From contig DUAO01000013.1 of the NCBI GenBank assembly GCA_012960805.1, positions 1 to 38,847 on the forward strand: DNA of 38,847 nt. The letters are read 5' to 3'. The stretch comes from Flavobacteriales bacterium. GTDB lineage: Bacteria; Bacteroidota; Bacteroidia; Flavobacteriales; BACL11. Positions 17,281 through 27,095 of the stretch are shown here, piece after piece (the first letter of the stretch is position 1; each line of letters begins with the position of its first letter). The notes under the pieces were generated by a model, which was given only the letters and a program-made list of their open reading frames with translations, made no database searches and was not told where the DNA came from. Position numbers and translations under genes: made by a program.

Positions 17281-19812
17281 ATGACTAACTTATTGTTAAC
17301 TATTATTTTTTGTTTTTTTAGTTTATTCGGCTTTTCTCAAATCTGGGAAGATGTATTGCTTAAAACAAATCCATCCCCTACAATTCAAGAAAAAAGTACT
17401 GCTTTTGAAAATTACCGTGCTTCTCATAATTATACTAAAGGAAATGGATTTAATCCTTATGCTAGAGAAATGGATTTCAGTCTGGAAAGAAGTTTTGGTG
17501 ACGCTACATTTAAAGCGGACGCCTTGTTTATAGAATGGGAGAAAATACAGAGTAATGAATCTCATTTAAAAACTAGCTCACAAGCTAATTGGGTTTCAAA
17601 AGGACCTATCAATACACCTATCATTTTATCAAACGGGAAGAAAAGAGGAAACGGAAGAGTAAATTGTATTGCTTTCGATCCAAACAACCCAGATATAATA
17701 TGGATTGGATCACCCGCAGGAGGCTTGTGGAAATCGATAGACGGTGGGAGCAATTGGACTACAGGTACAGACAACCTTCCTGTAATTGGCGTTTCCTCAA
17801 TTGCAATTGACCCTACAAACACACAAAATATGCTAATTGTTACTGGGGATGCTGATGCTTCAGATACCTATAGCATTGGTATATTAAAATCAACTGATGG
17901 AGGAAATACTTGGAATACAACGAGCTTAAGTTATAATATCAGTGACGAGAAAACAATAAATAAAGTAATTATAAATCCAAATAATCCTGACAGTGTTTAT
18001 GCTGTAACTAATAGCAATATTATGATAAGTACGGATGCTGGTTCAAATTGGATAATAATAGGGGCAATTGGTAGATGGCGAGATATTGAATTTAAACCTG
18101 GAACTCCATCAACTATCTATGCGGCAAAACAATCAAGTGGAGGCTCTAATATCTATAGAAGTATTGATGGAGGAGCAAATTGGAGTGTGATAAATAATGG
18201 GGTTGCGACAAGCGGTAAATATCGACCATTAATTGCGGTTACTCCAGATAATCCTGAGGTAATTTACGCTTTATATTCGGCTTCTGATTATGGATTTCAT
18301 GGTTTATATAAATCCTCAGACGCTGGAAATAGTTGGGTTTTACAATCTAATACTCCAAATATCTTAGGAAGAGAGCCAGATGGAACGGGAATAGGAGGCC
18401 AATCATGGTATGACTTAAGTTTAGGAGTAGCAACAAATAATGAAAACTTAGTGTATGTAGGAGGAATAACTCTTTGGCGATCCGATAACGGAGGTGTGAT
18501 TTGGGATATTGATGCAAATAGTGGTAATGGAAGTAATTATTCATATATGCATGTGGACCAACATGCGTTTGAATTTAACCCTCTCAATAATATTGCTTAT
18601 GCTGGTAATGATGGTGGATTTTACAAATACATGGATAATCTTAATAAGTGGGTAGATATAAGTGATGGTTTGGAAATATCTCAATTTTATCGTCTAGGAC
18701 GATCTCGATCTAACGCTGATAGAATTGTTGCTGGCGCTCAAGATAATGGCACTGAAATGCTAACAAATGGAGTTTGGGATGCTATTAGGGGGGCTGATGG
18801 CATGGAATGTGCAATTGACCCATATGATGAAGATATTATCTACTCAACTTCACAATACGGAGGCTTAAGGAAAACATATAATGGTGGGAATAACTGGAGT
18901 AATATAAAACCTGTGAGTTATGAAGGGTCTTGGGTTACCCCTTGGAAAATTCATCCAAATAATAATAACTTAATTGTTGCTGGATATGATGAGGTTTATC
19001 GATCACAAACTGCTGGCGATACATGGGACTCTATCCCTTATGGGCAAGCTATAAAAACAATTGCACTAGCCGCTTCTGATGAGGATTATATTTATGCAGG
19101 AACCTATACCTCACTAAGAGTAACAAAAGATGCTGGAGCTAATTGGGCAAACATTACGCCCTTCTTTCTTAATCATAGTATTACAGATGTTACTGTTTCT
19201 AACTCTGATGCTGATAGAGTTTGGGTCACTTTATCAGGATATGCTTCCTCTCATAAAGTATATGAATCGGTTAATGGTGGGCTAAACTTTATAAATATTA
19301 CCGCAAATGGATTGCCAAATCTTCCTGTAAACTGTATTGTTTATCAAGCAGGGACAAATGATGATTTATATGTTGGGACTGATGTTGGTGTATATTATAA
19401 AAACAATACTATGACAGATTGGATTCCTTACATGACAGGCCTGCCAAATGTAGTTGTAAAAGAGCTTGAAATTCATTATAGTTCTGGGACAATAAGTGCC
19501 GCTACTTATGGTAGGGGTATCTGGGAAAGCCCGGTAAACACCTTTTCAACTGATGTTTATGAAACATCAGCAGGACAATTTAAAATATCGCCTAATCCTG
19601 CTAAAGACAAAATTACTATTAGTATAAATAACTACGTGGACAATGATTTAACGGCTCGTATTTATTCCATTACGGGTCAATTGATACTAGAAAGTCAACT
19701 TACTAATTCAAACCATACAATGAGCACCGGCAAACTTAGTAAAGGATGTTATATTGTTGAAATTAGCAATAAGAATGGATTTTCAACAAGAGAGAAGTTG
19801 ATTATAAAATAG
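17281..19812 (+). CDS. BNR/Asp-box (VPS10/sortilin-like) beta-propeller protein with T9SS type A CTD
   Basis: About 10 S/T-x-D/N-x-G-x-x-W repeats, MHVDQH, GAQDNGT, ATYGRGIW; CTD ISPNPA...IYSITGQ...L.KG.YIV...KLIIK. Confidence 0.88.
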   Translation: MTNLLLTIIFCFFSLFGFSQIWEDVLLKTNPSPTIQEKSTAFENYRASHNYTKGNGFNPYAREMDFSLERSFGDATFKADALFIEWEKIQSNESHLKTSSQANWVSKGPINTPIILSNGKKRGNGRVNCIAFDPNNPDIIWIGSPAGGLWKSIDGGSNWTTGTDNLPVIGVSSIAIDPTNTQNMLIVTGDADASDTYSIGILKSTDGGNTWNTTSLSYNISDEKTINKVIINPNNPDSVYAVTNSNIMISTDAGSNWIIIGAIGRWRDIEFKPGTPSTIYAAKQSSGGSNIYRSIDGGANWSVINNGVATSGKYRPLIAVTPDNPEVIYALYSASDYGFHGLYKSSDAGNSWVLQSNTPNILGREPDGTGIGGQSWYDLSLGVATNNENLVYVGGITLWRSDNGGVIWDIDANSGNGSNYSYMHVDQHAFEFNPLNNIAYAGNDGGFYKYMDNLNKWVDISDGLEISQFYRLGRSRSNADRIVAGAQDNGTEMLTNGVWDAIRGADGMECAIDPYDEDIIYSTSQYGGLRKTYNGGNNWSNIKPVSYEGSWVTPWKIHPNNNNLIVAGYDEVYRSQTAGDTWDSIPYGQAIKTIALAASDEDYIYAGTYTSLRVTKDAGANWANITPFFLNHSITDVTVSNSDADRVWVTLSGYASSHKVYESVNGGLNFINITANGLPNLPVNCIVYQAGTNDDLYVGTDVGVYYKNNTMTDWIPYMTGLPNVVVKELEIHYSSGTISAATYGRGIWESPVNTFSTDVYETSAGQFKISPNPAKDKITISINNYVDNDLTARIYSITGQLILESQLTNSNHTMSTGKLSKGCYIVEISNKNGFSTREKLIIK

Positions 19813-20692
19813 CTTCAAAAGCTTTTAAGTATTTTCGTTTTCTGCTATTAGGATCAAACACAAGGCCAACCACTACAACTATTTTTTCATTAACGAAATA
19901 AGTTTTAGCCAAGAAAGGGCCGCCCATAAACCCTTTTTCTAACCTCCACAGCCCACCATAAACATTGTTTATGTAATAAGGAGGAAATTCAGGTTCAATT
20001 TTCACATATTGTCCCTGCTTAGCCCCATGCAAATATTGAGCAAATATGCTATCTGTTTTTTGCAATACTTCTTGCTGAAGACTAGTGGCTTTAGGAATAA
20101 ATGAAAAAACCAATAACTGTTTTATAACCTCTTGTTTTTCTGGATTATACGTTGCCCAAAAAAAAGTTGATGTGTCTTTTATAATTATATATTCTGAAGG
20201 GATTAAAAGCTCAATTTTAAAATTCTGATAAATATTTTGCTGAGGTAATTGCTGTGATGTTGTTGCAATTTTGTTTTTAATACCCCTTACTTCTTCCAAT
20301 TCAAAAATTGCTTTAATTTTATTTAAATTGTTTTTTATGTTCTTTTTTTCATAATTCAATTGCACAACCAACTGTGTATTTGCCCATTTATTTTTCTGAC
20401 TACTAGCTTTTACATCTTTTGCTATAATAACAATATTCTTGTGCATTTTTAATATGGACTTAAACTCAGCATGGTTTACTTGTACAATTCTAAAACTAGC
20501 TTCATCTTGATTTAATCCCTCAATCGGAGCGCCAAAAGTTTCTACTACAACTTCTTTAATGCTCTCCTGCCAAAGATCATCCTCCACAACAAAAATAACT
20601 TCTGAAAAAGAACCAGTTGAACTAGGTAATGTTTTGGTGTCATCCAAACAAGAACTTGCAAAAATTAATAAAAGAAAAAATAATTTTTTCAT
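19802..20692 (-). CDS. DUF4837 family lipoprotein
   Basis: Lipobox ASSC, P.S.G...E..V, GL.Q.E..F, GLW.....MGGPF and P...KR motifs; follows the LysM transglycosylase. Confidence 0.8.
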   Translation of the reverse strand: MKKLFFLLLIFASSCLDDTKTLPSSTGSFSEVIFVVEDDLWQESIKEVVVETFGAPIEGLNQDEASFRIVQVNHAEFKSILKMHKNIVIIAKDVKASSQKNKWANTQLVVQLNYEKKNIKNNLNKIKAIFELEEVRGIKNKIATTSQQLPQQNIYQNFKIELLIPSEYIIIKDTSTFFWATYNPEKQEVIKQLLVFSFIPKATSLQQEVLQKTDSIFAQYLHGAKQGQYVKIEPEFPPYYINNVYGGLWRLEKGFMGGPFLAKTYFVNEKIVVVVGLVFDPNSRKRKYLKAFEAIL

Positions 20693-22065
20693 TATGAGCT
20701 TGGTAAAATAATTTTAGTTCCTGGTTTTAAATTATCACTGTCTAAATTATTTAAGGATTTTATTTTCCAAACACTAAGTCCGTCATATTTTTGAGCAATA
20801 TCCCAAAGAGTATCCCCTTTCTGTATAGTATATTCATTTTTGTTAGGCCCTAATTCTACAGAAGCAGTTTCTACTCCTTTTTTTACATAAATCACCAATT
20901 TATCGCCAATATCTAGATTTGAGGATTTTAGGTTATTCCATTCTATAATTTCAAATATGTGTACATTATGTGCTTCTGCAATTCTTCCCAGATAATCCCC
21001 CTTATGTACTCTATAAATAATGCGCTCTTCATCTATCAAAATTTCTTTTTTATCAACAGCATCAATAAAAGTATAGTTGGCATACTCATTGAGCTTAAAA
21101 TCATTTACCGCATCTTTAGGGAAAACTAAAACTGCATCTTTAGGATATACCTCTTTTTTATAAGAAGGATTCAAGTAATGTATCGTTTCTGAGTTAATAC
21201 ACAATAACTCGGTTAATGTCTTTAATTCCACCTGATTTTTAAATGTAATTGTATCTGTTTTACTTAGATTAATACTCGGATTTTCAGTATTTATTCCATG
21301 TTCACTAGCATAATTCATTACATAGTTCACTGCAATAAATGTTGGTATATAATCTCTTGTTTCTTTTCTTAAATGAGGATATAGTTCCCAAAAATCAGAA
21401 GTTCCAACACTTGCTATTTTTCTTTGAATATAGCCCGGCCCTCCATTATAAGCTACCAATACCAAATTCCAATCACCAAAAAGATCGTACAGTTTTATAA
21501 AGTATTCACAGGCAGCCATAGTTGACTTTAGGGGGTCTTGCCTTTCATCCACATATGAAGTGACTTCCAATCCATATTGTTTGCCTGTAGGGTACATAAA
21601 TTGCCATAAGCCAGTAGCTCCTGAGTGCGAACGAGCTTTTGGGTTCAAGGCAGACTCAACTATTGCTAAATACTTAAACTCTAAAGGTAAATCATACTGT
21701 TCTAATTGTTGTTCAAAAAGAGGAAAATAATAAGGAGCTAAGCCCTTCATTTTAGAAATAAGGCGTTTATTTTTTCCTAAATAACTATCAATGAATGTTT
21801 GTACTTTTTCATTATACGCCAAATCCATTGGCGTTTTTTTATTCAATTGTTGTAATCGCCAAGCAACTATATTTTCTTTTTTTAACGTGCTTATTTCTTC
21901 ATTTTCTATCTCCTCTATATTTTGAGCAGAAGAATTATCAATAATACTGTCAATAGTACTGTCAATAGTAATTATGCTATTTGCGGATACAGGAACGGTT
22001 AAACTATCCTCATTAGCAATAGCAATACGGGGGATAAATAGTATTATAAAAATTATTTTTCTCAT
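20692..22065 (-). CDS. mltD: MltD-like lytic murein transglycosylase with LysM domains
   Basis: LAIVESAL, GLWQFM, AYNGGPG, ETRDY.P; two LysM (Y.V.KGD.L..IA, YTIQKGDTLWDIA). ATG at 22065 (signal peptide MRKIIFIILF) preferred over 22113. Confidence 0.9.
   Translation of the reverse strand: MRKIIFIILFIPRIAIANEDSLTVPVSANSIITIDSTIDSIIDNSSAQNIEEIENEEISTLKKENIVAWRLQQLNKKTPMDLAYNEKVQTFIDSYLGKNKRLISKMKGLAPYYFPLFEQQLEQYDLPLEFKYLAIVESALNPKARSHSGATGLWQFMYPTGKQYGLEVTSYVDERQDPLKSTMAACEYFIKLYDLFGDWNLVLVAYNGGPGYIQRKIASVGTSDFWELYPHLRKETRDYIPTFIAVNYVMNYASEHGINTENPSINLSKTDTITFKNQVELKTLTELLCINSETIHYLNPSYKKEVYPKDAVLVFPKDAVNDFKLNEYANYTFIDAVDKKEILIDEERIIYRVHKGDYLGRIAEAHNVHIFEIIEWNNLKSSNLDIGDKLVIYVKKGVETASVELGPNKNEYTIQKGDTLWDIAQKYDGLSVWKIKSLNNLDSDNLKPGTKIILPSS
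21945..21968. repeat. Perfect 2 x 12 bp tandem repeat (TACTGTCAATAG) encoding TIDS-TIDS
   Basis: Read directly in the N-terminal linker of the transglycosylase. Confidence 0.8.
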
Positions 22066-22279
22066 AACTACAAAGTTGAGGGTAAATTTAACTGATTTTA
22101 TGTTACAATACAATCGATTATTAACGCTTCACTGTTTATATAAACTGTATTAGGCTTATTACCTTTAGCTACAGGTATAAATTATTAATTTCTATACTTT
22201 ACTCTCTAATTTTAATACCAGTTATGTGCCTTTTATCTGATAAGCTAAAAAAGAAAATATTGATGACATATATTTACCG

Positions 22280-22287
22280 TATATTTG
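22280..22287 (+). promoter_or_regulatory. -7 box TATATTTG for dxs
   Basis: TATATTTGC upstream of the ATG at 22303; the ORF-track TTG start at 22285 lies inside this box. Confidence 0.7.
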
Positions 22288-22302
22288 CGCACACTAAAAC
22301 AA

Positions 22303-24240
22303 ATGAGAAATACCCCTGAATATCCACAAGGACCTCTATTGAGTAAAATTAATAATCCTGATGACCTGCGAAAGTTGAATAAAAATCAGCTAGAGCAAAT
22401 CAGTAGTGAATTAAGACAATATATTATTGATATTGTATCAGAAAAAGGCGGGCATTTTGGAGCTAGCTTAGGTGTTGTTGAGCTTACTATTGCTCTGCAT
22501 TATGTGTTTAATACCCCTGTTGATCAGTTAGTATGGGATGTAGGGCATCAAGCTTACGGACATAAAATACTTACAGGAAGAAAAGAAAAGTTTCCCACAA
22601 ACAGAATCTATAAAGGGCTAAGTGGTTTCCCAAAAAGAAGCGAAAGTGTATACGATACTTTTGGTGTAGGACATTCTTCTACATCAATTTCTGCTGCCTT
22701 AGGAATGGCTGTGGCTTCTAAAGGCAATGGAGAAGATAAAAAACAACATATTGCAGTAATTGGAGATGGTTCCATGACGGCAGGGATAGCTTTTGAAGCC
22801 TTAAATCATGCAGGAGTTGAAAATTCAAATTTATTGATTATTCTAAATGACAATTGTATGTCAATTGATTCTGCAGTTGGGGCATTAAAAGAATATCTAA
22901 CCGATATCTCAACTTCAAAAACTTACAATAAAGCTAAAAATAAGCTCTGGAAAATACTAGGTAAAATCAGTAAATTTGGACCTAACGCACAAGCTGTAGC
23001 TAAAAAAGTTGAAGGAGTTATAAAATCAACTTTGCTAGGTGAAAGTAATTATTTTGAATCGCTAAATTTTAGGTATTTTGGCCCTATTGATGGGCATGAC
23101 GCTAAGCATTTGGTAAATGTATTGAATGACCTAAAAGATATTCCTGGCCCTAAAATATTGCATTGTCTTACGGTTAAAGGAAAAGGGTATTCTCCTGCTG
23201 AACAAGGGGACTCTACAAAATGGCATGCGCCAGGACTGTTCAATAAAAATACTGGGGATTTTATAGTTGGGAAAAAGAAAAAAATACCTCCAAAATACCA
23301 AGATGTGTTTGGAGAAACTATCATTGAGCTAGCTAAAAAAAACGAACAAATAGTAGGTGTTACTCCTGCAATGCTTTCGGGTTCATCTTTAACTAAAATG
23401 ATGGAAGAGATGCCAGAAAGAACTTTTGATGTTGGTATTGCGGAACAACATGCGGTAACTTTTTCAGCAGGAATGGCAACTCAAGGGAAAATTCCTTTCT
23501 GTAATATTTATTCATCTTTTATGCAAAGAGCTTACGACCAGGTAATTCATGATGTTGCTTTGCAAAATTTAAATGTTATTTTCTGTTTAGATAGGGGGGG
23601 GCTGGTTGGTGCTGATGGAGCCACACACCATGGCGCTTATGATATTGCCTTTTTCAGATGTATTCCGAATATGATTGTTTCTGCGCCAATGAATGAGGAG
23701 GGCCTTAGAAATCTTATGTACACGGCTCAATTGCCTAATCAAGGCCCATTTTCAATACGATACCCTAGAGGAAATGGAGTTATGTTAGATTGGAAAACTC
23801 CTTTTAAAAAAATAGAAATAGGTACAGGGGAGATGATAAAAGAAGGGGAAGAAATAGCAATTCTTTCTTTTGGACATCCCGGTAATTTTGTAGTTACGGC
23901 CCAGGAACAATTTAACAAAGACGGGTTAAATATTGCACATTATGATTTGCGATTTGCAAAGCCTCTGGACGAAAAATTACTACATTCAATATTCCAAAAA
24001 TTTACTAAAATTATCACTATTGAAGATGGGTGTTTACAGGGTGGATTTGGAAGTTCAATTCTAGAATTTATGGCCAATAATAACTATCAAGCACAGGTGA
24101 AAATGTTGGGAATTCCAGATACTTTTATTCATCATGGCACACAAAATGAACTGTACAACGATTGTCAGTTTGATGTAAAGGCAATTGTAAATTCTGTGCA
24201 TAATATTTTAGAAAAAAGTCTTATTTCTCAAGTAGGATAG
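22303..24240 (+). CDS. dxs: 1-deoxy-D-xylulose-5-phosphate synthase
   Basis: GGHFGASLG, WDVGHQAY.HK, GDG...G..FEALN (ThDP), DVGIAEQHA, DRGGLVGADG.THHG and IRYPRG. Confidence 0.97.
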   Translation: MRNTPEYPQGPLLSKINNPDDLRKLNKNQLEQISSELRQYIIDIVSEKGGHFGASLGVVELTIALHYVFNTPVDQLVWDVGHQAYGHKILTGRKEKFPTNRIYKGLSGFPKRSESVYDTFGVGHSSTSISAALGMAVASKGNGEDKKQHIAVIGDGSMTAGIAFEALNHAGVENSNLLIILNDNCMSIDSAVGALKEYLTDISTSKTYNKAKNKLWKILGKISKFGPNAQAVAKKVEGVIKSTLLGESNYFESLNFRYFGPIDGHDAKHLVNVLNDLKDIPGPKILHCLTVKGKGYSPAEQGDSTKWHAPGLFNKNTGDFIVGKKKKIPPKYQDVFGETIIELAKKNEQIVGVTPAMLSGSSLTKMMEEMPERTFDVGIAEQHAVTFSAGMATQGKIPFCNIYSSFMQRAYDQVIHDVALQNLNVIFCLDRGGLVGADGATHHGAYDIAFFRCIPNMIVSAPMNEEGLRNLMYTAQLPNQGPFSIRYPRGNGVMLDWKTPFKKIEIGTGEMIKEGEEIAILSFGHPGNFVVTAQEQFNKDGLNIAHYDLRFAKPLDEKLLHSIFQKFTKIITIEDGCLQGGFGSSILEFMANNNYQAQVKMLGIPDTFIHHGTQNELYNDCQFDVKAIVNSVHNILEKSLISQVG

Positions 24241-24297
24241 TGCTAAATACTGGAAAATAATTTCTCCTATTTGCAAATCCAACTATTAACTAATCCT

Positions 24298-24305
24298 TAT
24301 CTTTG
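24298..24305 (+). promoter_or_regulatory. -7 box TATCTTTG for asnS-rpoN
   Basis: TATCTTTGC 30 nt before the asnS ATG; a TTTG lies upstream at 24270-24273. Confidence 0.7.
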
Positions 24306-24335
24306 CCTTAATCTGTAAGATAAAATAAAGCAAGT

Positions 24336-25769
24336 ATGAAAATAAAAGAAATTCTTCAAACTGAAGGAGTTGAGCAAGAAATTAGCGTTAAAGGATGGGT
24401 AAGAACAAGAAGGGGGAGTAAGCGTGTTTCCTTTATTGCACTAAATGATGGCTCAACAATAAATAACATACAAATTGTTGCAGAAGCTGCCGATTTTGAT
24501 GAAGAGTTAATTAAACAAATTACTACTGGTTCTTGCATTAGTGTTGACGGTAAATTAGTTGCGTCAAAAGGAAGCGGACAAGCTGTAGAAATTTTAGCTT
24601 CAACTATAAATATATTAGGGGGAGCAGATGCTGAAGAATATCCTTTACAACCTAAAAAACATAGCCTTGAATTTTTAAGAGAAAAAGCTCATTTGCGCTT
24701 CAGAACTAATACTTTTTCTGCTGTGTTTAGATTGCGACATGCGCTAACTTTTGCAGTACACAAATTTTTTAACGATAAAGGGTTTTTCAATTTACACACG
24801 CCAATTATTACCAGTATTGATGCTGAAGGAGCAGGAGAAATGTTTCAAATAACCAGCCTTGATTTGGAAAAACTACCAAAGACAAAAAGGGGAGAAGTTG
24901 ATTATGATATAGACTTCTTTGGTAAAAAAACAAGCCTTGCTGTAACAGGACAATTAGAAGCTGAATTAGGCGCTTTAGGGCTTGGGCAAGTCTATACTTT
25001 CGGACCAACCTTCAGATCTGAAAACTCAAATACTTCTAGACATTTATCTGAATTTTGGATGATTGAGCCTGAAATTGCTTTTGCTGATTTAACACAAAAC
25101 ATGGACTTGGCAGAAGAGTTTTTAAAATATTGTATACAATACTGCATAGATCACAATGCAGAGGATTTGAAGTTTTTAGACGCTAGAATGGTGGAGGAGG
25201 AAAACAAACTAAAGAAAGAAGAGCGTTCAGAAATGGGGCTATTAGAAAGGTTACAATTTGTTATTGAAAATGATTTTGTAAGATTAACTTATCGAGAGGC
25301 AATTGATATTTTAAGAAATTCTAACCCCAATAAAAAGAAAAAATTCAACTATATTATTGACGGATTTGGATCAGAACTACAATCAGAACACGAGCGTTAT
25401 TTAGTTGAGAAAAAATTCAAAAAACCAGTTATTATTACTGATTATCCAAAAGGAATAAAAGCATTTTATATGCGCATGAATGACGACAATCAAACTGTAA
25501 GCGCAATGGATGTTTTATTCCCATTAATTGGCGAAATAATCGGAGGTTCTCAAAGAGAGGAGCGCTTGGATAAATTACAAGCCCGCATGCAAGAAATGGA
25601 GATTTGTCAAGAAAAATTATGGTGGTATTTGGAAAGCAGAAAATTTGGAAGCTGTCCTCATAGTGGCTTTGGCTTAGGATTTGAAAGATTAATCATGTTT
25701 GTCACTGGAATGAAAAATATTAGAGATGTAATTCCATTTCCTAGAACGCCTCAAAATGCAGAATTTTAA
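24336..25769 (+). CDS. asnS: Asparagine--tRNA ligase
   Basis: [55 protein letters not shown] and GFGLGFER. Confidence 0.97.
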   Translation: MKIKEILQTEGVEQEISVKGWVRTRRGSKRVSFIALNDGSTINNIQIVAEAADFDEELIKQITTGSCISVDGKLVASKGSGQAVEILASTINILGGADAEEYPLQPKKHSLEFLREKAHLRFRTNTFSAVFRLRHALTFAVHKFFNDKGFFNLHTPIITSIDAEGAGEMFQITSLDLEKLPKTKRGEVDYDIDFFGKKTSLAVTGQLEAELGALGLGQVYTFGPTFRSENSNTSRHLSEFWMIEPEIAFADLTQNMDLAEEFLKYCIQYCIDHNAEDLKFLDARMVEEENKLKKEERSEMGLLERLQFVIENDFVRLTYREAIDILRNSNPNKKKKFNYIIDGFGSELQSEHERYLVEKKFKKPVIITDYPKGIKAFYMRMNDDNQTVSAMDVLFPLIGEIIGGSQREERLDKLQARMQEMEICQEKLWWYLESRKFGSCPHSGFGLGFERLIMFVTGMKNIRDVIPFPRTPQNAEF

Positions 25770-25772
25770 TAG

Positions 25773-27095
25773 ATGGGCAAACAACGGCTACAGCAAAAGC
25801 AATATCAAAACCTAAGCCCTCAACAGATACAATTTTTAGGACTTTTACAAATACCTATTGTCGCTTTAGAAAAAAGAATTGAAGAAGAATTAGAAGAAAA
25901 CCCTGCTCTTGAAGAAGAAGATGAAGAAGATGGGTTAAGTCTGAAAGAAAAGTCTTTTTCTAATTACAACTCAAGTGAGTTTGAATATCAAATTGAGGAT
26001 AAGTCCGAAAGCTTAAGCGAGCATTTAAATCAACAATTAATAACCCTTGGCATTACTAAAGAGCAACAATTTTTAGTACAATATTTAATAAATAGCCTTG
26101 ATGATAATGGTTTTTTGAATAGGGATTTACACTCTATAAGTAGTGATTTACTTATTAATAATAACCTTGATGTTAGTGAGCATGAATTAAGCAAAACAGT
26201 AACTATTTTACAACAATTAGAGCCTTTTGGTGTTGGTGCGAAAAACTTGCAAGAATGCTTATTAATACAACTCGGAATACTACATCCTGAAAAAAAGTTA
26301 GAACAAAAAATCATTTCTGATTATTACAAGCCCTTTAGTAATAAAAATTTTGAACACCTAAGTAGGCATCTTGAAGTTGATTTAAGCAGCATTAAAAACG
26401 CTTACAAAACCATTGAATCTCTTAATCCCATTCCTAGCGATGGGTTTTCAAAAAATGCAACTTCTATTGCTTATGTGTATCCTGATTTTACTGTGTCTAT
26501 AATTGATGGCAACCTTGAAACAAAACTCAATAAAAGCAATGTAAAACCCATTAAGTTAAGTAAGTATTATCAAGCAATGCTAAAGGAGACTAAGGATATT
26601 GAAACCAAAAAATTCTTGCAGGAAAAAGTAGAGAAAGCAACTTGGTTTAAAGGTGCTATTAAAAAAAGAAATGATACATTAAAGACTGTATTTAATGCTA
26701 TTTTAAGTATTCAGGAAGCCTATTTTATTTCAGGAAATGAAAAAGATTTAAAACCACTGAAGTTAGCTGATATTGCCCAAATAGTAAATATGGATATTTC
26801 AACCATTTCAAGGGTAAGCAACTCAAAATATGTAGCTACTCATTTTGATACTTTTAAACTTAAAGAACTTTTTTCAGAAGCTTACAGAAAAGATAATGGA
26901 GAGCTTATTTCGACTAAGGAAATAAAAAGAAAACTGCAAGAAATAATTGAAGCAGAAGATAAAAATAATCCTCTTTCAGATGAGAAATTAGCTGAATTAT
27001 TAGGGGGAAGTGATTACCATATTGCAAGAAGGACAGTTGCAAAATACCGTGAGAATTTGAGGATACAAACAGCAAAATTAAGACGAGAATTATAA
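25773..27095 (+). CDS. rpoN: RNA polymerase sigma-54 factor
   Basis: Region I LSPQQIQ..LLQ, ELEENP.LE, HTH DIA...MDISTISR and RpoN box ARRTVAKYRE; short region II. Confidence 0.96.
   Translation: MGKQRLQQKQYQNLSPQQIQFLGLLQIPIVALEKRIEEELEENPALEEEDEEDGLSLKEKSFSNYNSSEFEYQIEDKSESLSEHLNQQLITLGITKEQQFLVQYLINSLDDNGFLNRDLHSISSDLLINNNLDVSEHELSKTVTILQQLEPFGVGAKNLQECLLIQLGILHPEKKLEQKIISDYYKPFSNKNFEHLSRHLEVDLSSIKNAYKTIESLNPIPSDGFSKNATSIAYVYPDFTVSIIDGNLETKLNKSNVKPIKLSKYYQAMLKETKDIETKKFLQEKVEKATWFKGAIKKRNDTLKTVFNAILSIQEAYFISGNEKDLKPLKLADIAQIVNMDISTISRVSNSKYVATHFDTFKLKELFSEAYRKDNGELISTKEIKRKLQEIIEAEDKNNPLSDEKLAELLGGSDYHIARRTVAKYRENLRIQTAKLRREL

Noticed and set aside
19550-19570. Inverted repeat CTGATGTTT-ATG-AAACATCAG resembling half a parS or a terminator
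   Set aside because: Spacing does not fit the 16-bp parS, there is no U-tract, and it is inside a CDS; likely chance.
21078-24150. Sigma-54-like TGGCA motifs (near 21078 and 24135)
   Set aside because: Both lack the -12 GC and lie inside coding sequence.
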